This document shows positions 27,001-39,000 of a stretch of DNA of 64,000 bases, piece by piece. Position 1 is the first letter of the stretch, and each line of letters opens with the position of its first letter. Where the stretch lies: contig NC_087245.1 in NCBI RefSeq assembly GCF_037042905.1, positions 23,932,001 to 23,996,000 of the forward strand, in the 5' to 3' direction. The notes below the pieces were generated by a model. It saw nothing but the letters and a program-made list of their open reading frames with translations. It did not search any database and was not told the DNA's origin. The translations under genes and the position numbers were made by a program. The DNA comes from Lytechinus pictus (lineage: Eukaryota).

Positions 27001-30000
27001 GATAGGCAGGATATATTTACAATGTATGTGAGAAAAACAGAGAAAAGATGGAGAAGAAATAGCAGAAGAGAAGAACCAGCTGCAGAGAAAGAGGCAGGAA
27101 ATAGAAAATAAAGAGTAATAAAGAGAAGAAAACAAAAGATGCCTTGCATTTCAGTATAAAACACAAATATTGTTTGATAAGATAAGACACATGTATGTAC
27201 ACCATTTCTCATGGAATAATCATTGGTTGTTCAGCATCAAACATTAGCCTATTTCCCCGTGGCAACAAAGACATGATTCATGCGCTGTGATAAGATCTAA
27301 AATCTTGTTACACATATGGGTGTATGATGATCAGTTTTTTCTGAAAATGACTAGTAAACCCATATCAAATTCACATTTCCCCCTTCATGAATAGTGAATG
27401 TAATATGCATGATGAATGAATGTTTAATTCATTTGAAACATTACAATTCTGCATAGTCTGTCACACCCTCAGTTAATACAATACAATACAATGAAACAAA
27501 GCAAGTATATATACATCTATTATGAAAGAAACTGAAAGTTTTTTTCTGATTATCTTTCCCAGTTTTCAAATAAATTAATTTGATGAGTAGTTTTTCACAA
27601 ATAGCATTCCCTAATGGTTATGTGTTGTACTGAATAGCATGGTATACAAACAATTGTTTTCGACCAATTGAAATTGGTTTTCGACAATTTTAATGGATAC
27701 TTTAAATTGGTACCACAGTATGTATTAACAGGGATTCTCAAAGGGGACTTTAAAGTAATTACCAAACAAAAATAAAAACCTATTAGTATAGGGATTCAGT
27801 TCTTAAATCATACAGGATCTAATCAGAGGTACTTCACAAAGATTCTTACTAATACAATCCCTCGCCCCTCCCTGAATTCTATTCTAACTCAAATGCTTTC
27901 CCCCAGATTTTTTACTCTAAAGAGTCTGAACCAAGTCCGGTTTTCATCCTTGTACTACACAATGAAACTTCTCCAAATAGTAATATATTTGAATTCATAT
28001 CTAAGAAACTGAACAAAAGACCTGGTTCTTTTTTCTTTGAATAATTCACTTCCTTTATCATCTTATTCCAACGGTCTAACCTGTCTCATAATATCATGTG
28101 CAATATGAATTTCCCCTTTTTCACATTTATTTTTTCATTTTTACTTTTTCACAGTTACTTCATTATTTGCACAAGATGAAACTAAAACACGTACACCCAA
28201 GCTTCAATTAACATAAATAATATTATCAAGGATATGGGATTCCATATATTGACATTGAAAACTAACAAAGAGACAAAAGGGATGTTGACTTTTCTCAAAT
28301 AAAATGGAGGACTTGTGCATATTGAACCTAGAGTCCGTGTTAATAGATCCCATGGGCATGTACAATTCATCTCAGTAGATGTCAAATATATGTTTAAATG
28401 CATATTTCCATTTAATCAATTATCATTTGAACAATGCTGTACAATGATAGGTCTTCATCTACTAGTGCATGTTTTTTGTTTTGTCTATTAACCTCAAATA
28501 TACTGCAGGAGGGGGGGGGGGAATTAATTTGCAAACTAATTGGAAAAACAAGGAAATAAGGATATGAACCATGAAACTTTAATGATGTCATTGTTTATGT
28601 ACATGTCTGGCTTTATTCAGGAAGAGAACAATGACTCATTCTAATTGCCCTTCAAAATAACAAACAACAGGATAAGGCTCTAAGGGGAAAATGTACATGA
28701 AAAAGGAATAGAATTTTAAGAGTATATCACTAAAAAATAAACTTTTAACATTGAATGGAAAATGGCATCTTGATCAAAACCAATTTTATTCTGTTTAGTT
28801 AAATATATCAATATAGTCAAAATTATCAATATGTAGGGGGGGGGGGATAAGACTGTGACGGAAAATACTCATATCCCATCCTTGAACCTAAACATGAGCA
28901 CTGGAATGGAATCATTTGAATCAGTTGCGCTAGGATGACAAAGGTCATTCTGTCTCAGACACAAAGAGTTCAACAGAAGCCAACTCTCTTTTTAGTCACG
29001 TATTCGTTCTAGTGTAAGGAAGTTTTATTGTTCAGAATGCAGGGGAAATTTCAATAGACATCATGGCAGTTTAGATAAAGATGGTGACTACATGTAAAAA
29101 CACCTTAGTAATCATGATTCAGTAGGCAAAATAGGCATGTATTTCATAGCATGGGCAGCTGCACAGTGCAAAACTGTTGATTAATTAAGACTGTGTCCAG
29201 GAATGACACGAAAATAGAGATGGTATAGAGGACTTCCAAATCAATTTTTTTTAGCAGTAACGGTGTTGAAATAGATAGCAGCCTCTAGCTTACACTTTCT
29301 ATGATACATCTTAAATTAATTGATTGAGGAAGGCAAGGTGAAAAACATGAGTCTCAATATATTTATTCTTCTTTTTAGCTCCTTCCTTTGTTCCATTTCC
29401 CCTTTGCTTTCATTATTTTCTCCTTGTGTTCCTTCCTTGCTCTTTCTCTCTTCGTTTTTTTAAAACTCTTCCCACATTTCTTGTTTTGATATGCACAGAC
29501 AAGAGATTACATGTACATACAGAGTGTTATTCAGGCTTGGCTTGTCATGATTCAATAAGACTAGCACAATGGATAACACATTATGAAGTCCCTGTTCTCC
29601 TCCATTTATCAGGCTTAACATGCTTAATAGAGACCCCCTCCTACCGTAGGGGATTATCATTTTCGGTTTGAGGTGAGGAAAATTACAGATTATTTCTGCA
29701 CTATGCTTTATTAAAAGCCATTATTCCCTTTGCTGAATATAGAATGTTATTCACTACTTAAAGATCCCCCAAACTCATGAAATCATTTTCTTAAAATGGA
29801 TGGCTTTCAGTAGAATGAAGACTGACTACATCTATTCATTGAAAATTTGAAATGAAATCAATGTTTCTACTCCAATAACCCTCCATGGTTATCAAACCAT
29901 ACATGCATAATGTCAGCTTAAATACGATTTTAAAAAATAGGGAAGAACAAAATTGAGAAACATATTTGGAAAATCACCTAAATCTTTTTTGCAACTGCAT

Positions 30001-33000
30001 TCATTTCTCTTTGCTCTTTTAGCCCTAAGCCGGGGGGGGGGGGGGGGGGTGCTCAGAGGCCTCCCTTATCTTTTCGCACAAAGTTTTCAAACGCGAAAAG
30101 CTCTCGCTGCAACGTTACGGCACGTTTACGCGATCAACGGCCGAGATCTCAAGAGGGCCAGTGAGACCCACCCATCCCCTGGGCATACGATCTCCCAAAA
30201 TACCCCAGCCTATATAGGGTTTAACATTTCAAACTTAATACACAGTTTGTGACATCTTTCTTATTTTCTTCCTCTTTTCTTTCCACTCAATCTTTCCATG
30301 TAGTTATTTCCTCTTGTATTCCACATTTATAGCAGTATCCTACAAATTGGTTCCAATGATTAATTCAGTGATCTATCTGAACTGACAGTCATTTCCAAAG
30401 CTTACAATGTATAAAACTGCATGTACTTGCATGTACATGTTCGTGCAAGTAGCTGAAATAAGGCATTAACTGAAATGGATATCATCAAATGCATAAATTA
30501 ACATTGTATATTAAAGAATAAACCAAAAATAAACTCGCACTGTAAACATCTAGGGAAGAATTTTCAAATCAAATAAGATTAAAGATTTAAAATAATGTAT
30601 TTCTGCCATAAAGCTGGGATACCAACGTGCATGACCTAAAGATCGGGAAGGGAGAGGGGTATGGCTAAACAGTTTGGATCACAAAACATGTTTAAATGCT
30701 ATTAAACAACATGCCTCATCCAAAACAAATTTCTTGTCACAAGGGAAATCAGGACGTATGTTCTATTGCACTGTTCCTCTAATTTCAATATGCATGAATG
30801 CTAAATACACATGAGAGTATTACATGATATTTAATGTAGATGTACAATGTATATGTACATGTATGTATACTGTATGATGATGTAATTTATCCAGTCCCCT
30901 TCCATATGTACAAGACCATGTAGTGTATAGTACATTCATGTATATCATGATTGTGGTATGAATCTATAAAGGTAAAATGTAAAGCAGGGTCGGATCTACA
31001 AAGATTAGATACAATACTTTGAATGTCCCCCGCTGTAGACAAAAATATGGCCTATGAAACGGTATTGTATCCAACATGGCTAGATCCGGCACCGCTGTAA
31101 ATTGATTGCATGAATATAACGATGTACAGCAACATAATCATATCTTGACAAAACATGTGAATGTGTGGATACATGTCTTGGTAATGTTCATGTTTCTTTA
31201 GGTCTATGTATGCCACATAAATTCATAAGAGAGCCACAATGAATGACAAGAAAATTAGAATTCCACTTACATCTCCAAACTTCAATAAAGTGGGACAGAT
31301 TTGGATTAGAGAAGAAATTAGTGAAGTTAGCATAGATAAATCAGAAAATTTGAGATACACGTGTAGGATGTTGGAATTTTTAAAATCTTATATGGATGAA
31401 TATAAAGGGGCAAAGTTCTCTCTATCTTTAAATGTTAATGTTAAAAAGAAAAAGAAACCCAGGACAAGCCTCTCAAATTCAAAGAAAAAATTAATAATGA
31501 TCAATCAATAAAAATAAATAAACCAAATAATAATGAAGTAACATATCAGTGCTATATCCTTGTCAAGTTTAATATGAGCACAATGGGGGATCCTAATGTA
31601 AACAGATTATAATTGAAAGAGCTTGCAAAATCAATGGAAGATATTATTTGACCAAATAGAAGATTCAATCAAAACAATGACAACAAACATTGAACTACAA
31701 CACTGTTCTTTGATCAGCTTGGACATATTATCATACACATTTTTTTTTTCATAATTCAAATGTGTCAAATTCCAGAGTATTCATTCATACTACACTGTAC
31801 ATGCCCTTATAATCTGCAACAACATCTAATTTCAAGTATCTGGCTAGAATAATATTACAGTAAAAGCAGATAGCACTCACACTAGAAATAACAGAAAACT
31901 TGAATTAAGATGACATTCAATCATGAGATGAATGCAAGGGGGGGGGGGGGTAGATTCATAACAAAAATTGGGCAACAAAAGTCTTATTCACATACCTCAC
32001 TGCCAGTCAGCTTTCCAACATTGTTGGTGCTTGCAGTCCGGATGCTGAAATATCAAAACATGAAATTAAAAAATTAAAAAAATGCAATCATATTTAATAT
32101 TTGGTGCAAATCATGAAATATAGGGAGAAGGCTTATGCTGGTATGATGCCCGGGTATGTTCCAAAGTTATATATTCCTTTACACTAGCATGTCAAGCAAA
32201 GACAATTCTCACAAACAATATTTCATGCACAAATCTGATAAAAGTTTGTATCAAGCCAAAATTCATAAATGTATACTTTACATGTACCTTTACTAACAAC
32301 AACAGTTTTGATGATCATAATAATAAAAAAAAGTAATAATGATCAAAATAATAGAAAAGGCATTTATACAGTGCCATCTATCTAGATATTTATTCCAGGT
32401 TGCAGCACTATCATTCATGAACAAAATAATGTCAAGCTGATAAAGGTTAAAAGACCACTGCCAATGATTTTAATTGAAACCATAACGGAGCAACATTTGC
32501 TCCTGGGACAACTACTACTCCTCCACCAATTTCACTAAAAATGTAAGGTGAGGGTTAAGGTCGTGATGTGGTTTTTTTGCTTAGAATCATGTGACGATTG
32601 ATCACAGTTACATAGGGCGCTTCATATGTTGTGCTTGTACTACACGCTTTACATTGTAATTATTATTACCCCTGCCACAGGATCCATCACTACTCCACAC
32701 ATAAAGTGCATATCTCCACTCCCTGGGGAGTGGAGAGTTGGGTTTGAAGTTGAGATTTATTCATTTAAGAGCAATAGTCACCAAACTATATAAACTTTCA
32801 AAAGCGACCTTCACACGTTCAACAACCAGAACCCAGGTTACGTCATTTATAAACACCACTATAAACTTACATATTGCAAAGCATTACTGCTTACTTACCA
32901 GGCATAGATGAGGCAAATGAGCCAGATAGCAAAGCTAGCCCAGTTCTCTGCACTGCCGACATCTTCGTTGTGAACGGTACTATTACCTGTTCCATGGATG

Positions 33001-36000
33001 ATGGTGGTGATGCTTGGGTTGCAAGCTATGCAAGATATAAAACAAATAATGCAAAGGACTTTTTAGACATGACAGCATGAGGGGCATTTGTTAGTTTCTA
33101 AGCTTAGGAAGAGGCGAAAAATAAATTTGATATCCAACTCCGACGATATTACACAAGTACTGTAACCACACAAATTGGCCATATAGTGGCACAGATGGAA
33201 TCTTTGACAAATCCAAAACCACATGATTTAATAATAATGGGAAGTTATTGAGGATTAAGGGGAAAATACTTTTAAATTTAGGAGCTTCCAAAAACACCTC
33301 TGCCACTTTTAAGGTATAAATTTTCATTTTTGTCCCATCAAGACTGCTGATATATTTAAAATGCATCTATTCCAAGTAATGTTAACAACATACACTGCAT
33401 TCATCTACCATAGGTCTAACACACATGAAATAATAAAGAAAAAAATTAATGACGTTACAGCTGCACATGAACATTCAAGATTAATTGGTAACATTACAAA
33501 CAGATGTACATCAAGCAGACAGCAAAATCCAGAACATACTCTTTAGAAACCCAAAACTATTTTTTTTTTTTTTTAATACATAAATTCTTAGAAGCATAAA
33601 CATAAATGCATAAAACAAAACAAATCAAATAAAAAAACTCATTAAGAAAAGGTTGGGCCAATCTGAATTCAAAAAGCTGATGACATGCCATCAAATGACT
33701 GCCATAAATGTGTATAAAGAATACTGGTGTAATGAGCCAAAAATTTTGAGGGGGCAAGATGTGGAGTATCGGGAAAAAATCATAAAAAGTTGCAGGCGAG
33801 CAAAAATTTGTACATTTTTTATTACAAAAATTTTGTGATAGATTTTGACATAAAATGCAGAAAATAATATCATACATCACCCTTCTCTCTTTCCTTTTTT
33901 TTTCTGTTCATGTTTTCTTTTTTTTAGGGGGGGGTGCAAGTGCCCAAAGCCTCCCTCCCCCATCTGTATACCAGTGATAAAGATCTAATGAAAATAAACT
34001 CCTCAAAAAAAGTTTGGAAATCTGAGTTTGGCCATTAATTTCTCCCAACTCCCAATTTACACAATGCATATTTGATATCATTCAAGAGAATCATTTAATT
34101 CTCTTTAAAATGATACCATGCTTGTTATGATCATGCCATCTAAAAGTGTTGGATGAGGTCTGAATTGAAAAGCTGCAAAACGAGCAGAAATAGTCATGAA
34201 GGGTCAATAGAATAATTATTTTGTCTAAGTCAATAGAGATGAAAATCCATTCAAATCAAGCCCCTGCTTCTTCATTTTTGATGTTTTGTTTTGGTTTGTA
34301 GTGATGGTTCTGTGAGACAACATGGTTTGAGTCGTGGTGTGAAATACCCATGCATGTTTGTTTGTTATGTGTTTGCTTGTGCAGAGGTGTGTTTAATTCC
34401 ATGTTAATGTTGATGTTAAGGTGCATGAAAACAAAATAAACTGCTGAGGAACTCACTCATCACCACAGAAAAAAAGAACAGTGACTTTCAATATTGTGTC
34501 AATTTGCAACTTTTGAATTTTTACCTTGCCCCACATGGGAAGGCACTGCACCTTCATGTCAACCATAATCATACCATGTTGGGGTATCAGTTTAAAGAGA
34601 ATTAAATGATCTATTCATTGGTATCAATCACACAACAATATTCACTAAATCTGAGGAGGGATTATCGATCCAAGTCAGATTTCCAAACTTTTTTGAGGAG
34701 TTTAGATGCAAACTCACTCATGTCAGGGTTGTTGCTCATAGATGACCAGGTCAGGTACATGGTGTACATGGAAATCACAGCTGACTGGAGAAGACCAGAT
34801 CGTGGCATGGCTGAAAATGAAACCAACATGAAAAAATTACAAAGGCAAATATTATCAAGCCATTCAGCATCAAGTTACATGTTTATTCATTCACATATAA
34901 TTCTGTCCTAGCCTGATACTACTACATGTTTGATAGGGTATATTTATAATCTAAACCATTTTCACTGGTTTCACTCATTTGCACAGGCTCAAGGCAGCGT
35001 ATATCAAGCTAACAGACCCGAATTCTGTGCGGCCAGGAGTTTGTAAGAACCCTTGCGTTGTTTTAGTTGCTTCGCTTCAATTTACGGCTGGTACATGTAC
35101 AAAGCTACTACATGTACTAAATTGTTTACCTTGAAACGGCTCGCCATGTAGCATCCATTGTCTATTTTGCTCTAGCGTTTTAGTCATTCATGCAATCTTT
35201 AATACTCTGATGAGTGCATGTCGAAAAAAGCTTCAGTATGACCGTTTTTTAAGGCTATTTTACCATTAATATTTCACTATTGGGCAATCAAAGTCCCTTT
35301 GGAAGCACATAAAGTCTTTAAATAGTATGTGATATGCTCATTACAAGAACTGATTGTTTTTATCATTATGGATTTTAATGAAATGGAAAATAAATACCAT
35401 CAAAAGGGAACTGTTTGGTCCACATTCAATCAAATTCACAATGGATGGCATAAACTCAGAACAGCAGATCAAGATTAGATATCAACTAAGGACTTGTTTG
35501 CGGATAGTTTCTCAAATACACAAATGGCAATTTCTATTACCCGACACCATAAAAAGCTTAGATTTTACATTTATCAATTATTCTCATGAGATGTTGCCAA
35601 AATGTATTGATGTTGCTTTTGCCTTTTATAGAATAATTGAAATGACTAAGTTCATTGCTAATAAATTTTAAAGGCAAAGAAAATTTGAAGGCCAAATTAC
35701 TAATTCTAAACAGGTAAAAGTGAAATACCTCCTATAAGGATCCATGTTGTCCCTAGAGCATCAACTTGGGCAATCTTTCAGAATTCCACATCGACACAAC
35801 TTGCTCATTCAACTTACATTGGTTTGTCTTAAAAATGTGAACTGTTCAACATTTACTGCAAGCAGGTCTCATAAGTATTACTTGAATTTTTATCATGAAT
35901 TGAACAGGAAAATGAAATGAATTGAATACAACTGATCATGTTTTATCATTATTACCTGATTTTTTTTTATGATTTGGACAGGGATATGAATTAAATTGAA

Positions 36001-39000
36001 TACATCTGATCATGTTTTATCATTATTACCTGATTTTTTTATAATGATTTGGACAGGGATATGAATTAAATTGAATTACTTTATCTTACCTTCCTGGACC
36101 TTGGGTAGGATGGATACAACAGACATGACAACACACATGATCAGGTTGAAACTGATGAAGAACTTATGAAGGGAGCATTGATTCTAAAGAGAAATAGATT
36201 GTAAGGGGTAATCAGGGGTGGATCCAGGATTTTTCGAAAGGGTGGGGCACAAGCAAAAAAAAAGGGTTTAACCAAAATTTATTAAAGGGGATTTTGTCCA
36301 TGAAAATTTTGGCAAGAAAAAAAAAGGTCTTCACTTTCAAAAAGGGGGGGGGGCACATTTCTCTTTTAAGTTTCAAGTTTATTTTATTGATTTCATATCC
36401 AAACATAAAGGATTACAATCAAAATAAAATGAACAATTAACAGCATTTTTACATTACAAATGATAATTGTGCCTCTCAAAAGGGGGGGGGGGCATGGGCC
36501 GCCTGTGCTCCCCCCCCCCCCCTGGATCGGCCAGTTGGGGTAATTCATTGTAAAAACATCAAAGGTCAAATTTTGTTTTCATAGATATACAAATGGAAGC
36601 GAAAACCAAATACTGGAGCAAGTCTCTCAGAGTTTGATCATTTTAATGTTTAAGCACAAAAATATTAAGGACCTAAATATGCAATTTAATAACTCACTTT
36701 GATGTGCACAAATTCCACTCCATGGGGAGTATTACTAGCAGTTGTATAATAGCATCCTTTAGGTCATCTACCTTTGAGTGGGGAGGAGATTAGCACCTTG
36801 CAAACAATATGAGTGCCAGCCATAGTAAGGCTTGAACCCTTAACCTTGTGCTTCACAATCCAGAGACTTAGTCACTGACCTGGAACACTTGTACTCCCAA
36901 TTATCAAGATTATTTATGTCCTTCAAGGGTTCCCATAAAGTGTCTGAAATTTTCAGCAAAAGGCGCCTTTCCCTATTTGTTTAACTTTGATTTTGTGATA
37001 TTATACTACATGCAGATTATTAACAATTGCATGTACAAAGCATTAAGCCAGAGTTATATGAACATGTACATGTACCACTGAAAAATAACATAAAAATTAG
37101 ATTTTATGATACAAAAATGAACAACTCAATGAATGCCAGGGACTGCCATTAGGAGTGCCTAGTTTGATAAGGAAGGCAGCTTTGTTTGTGAATCCCACTT
37201 CATGCACATATTATTTTTTTGAGTTTATTGCAGGACATGACTTACCCCAGTTCCAATGTAGAATATGTAGAAGAGAATGAATCCCGTCAGAGCAACCAGA
37301 TACATGATAATGGTAGATGACATCAGAGCTGTGGACAGAAAGTCAAAATAAAATCCATCAAATTAATTGTGTAATAAGCCATACATTATAAAGGCTTCTA
37401 ATAAATTATAAATCATCAAAATTAAATGAAAATCATGCTTGAAAGGGATTTATGGTCAACTTCCAAAAAAAAAAAAGGTTTAACGTAAGATCAGTGTGCA
37501 AAATATTGTGACATATTGGAATCGAACTGTGCCATATTTTTAAGTTGATCGTAAGGTAACCTTACGAACAACTCTCCCCTCCCTTTTAATGGCAGTTCAT
37601 TATACAACGAGAACACCTACCACAGTACCAGCCCTTGTGCTCAGAATCCTCCATGCGACCAACCCAGCTCTCATTCCAAGAATGGGCGAAGTCGACCAGA
37701 AGAACCAGCTGGATGACGATGAAGGAGAACGCTCCAATCATTCCAAAGTACATGAACACTGCAGGTGGAACGCAGCAAAAATAATATTAATATTCATCAA
37801 ATAATTAAGTAATTGATAATTCAATTAATTCATTCATTCATTTCTTCATCTATCCATACATTTACACTACCAGTCACAATTCTTTGACTCACTATTACAT
37901 ACCTTTAAAAACTAGAGAACAATAGATTTAGTGGACGGAATCTATAGTTCTCTGGTTTTAACAGGTGAAAGTGAGGCAAAGAATTTATTGATTAATGTAT
38001 TCATTGAATTTCCATTAAAAAAAAATATACATATCATAATCAAATAACAAGATCTTATACATGGAATTTACGTTATTTAAAATGAAGGGCACCTTTAAAA
38101 GGGATACTTGTGGGCAAGACCTTGAAAAAAAATGCAAACATGTGCATGTATGAAAATATTGTAATTGCCAGTCCTTCTAGTGATGGCAAATTTCCATGAT
38201 GCTTTCTCACAGCCAACATGTAGCTTTATTTGCTGTTTGGAATTTACTTTACTGCAAAGACAGTCATACATGTGAGCTCAAAATGGCTGAAATGGACATT
38301 CCAGCCAATAATTGAGTGCATAAATGATGATTACCATTCTCAAAGGATCCGTTGGGGATGAAAAATGCTGCTACACACAGACCGCACATCACAAGGAACT
38401 TGAAAAACCAGAACCTTCAAGAGAAAAAGAAAAAAGTCAATGGATGGGGAGAGAGAGAAAAGGAGTTAGAAAGAAAAGGGGAGAAAAAGACACATGTGAA
38501 GAGAAAAAAAACACATAGAAGATACATAAATATAATAATACTGTATATAATTATAAACAAGAGCAATGAAAATACACCATCTACTTCTACTACAGGTACG
38601 AAGCTACTGTGTGTTGACTGCTGCTATTTACATTTAGAAATGACATGTCTACTATAAGCACACGTATGAACTTTAATCAGTATCATGTATTCCGATTTCC
38701 ATTTACAATTCACATACACACTACATGTACATCAATATCATGATTCTGTTTGATGAATATATGCAATAAAAAAAATAAAGCATAATAACATCTGCAAACA
38801 CATAGTGTGAATTCATGCCAGTGTCACTCAATTCTTGTATCAATCATTAACAGTCATAAAAAAATTACCGTAATAATTTACATGTTCATGTTGTGTTTGA
38901 AGCTTTAGTCTTTAACAAATAGCAGCTTTTGAAATTTTGGCAACATTTTTCCTCCACATACATACCCATTTTGGATTGGAGCACGCATATCTTTGCTACT

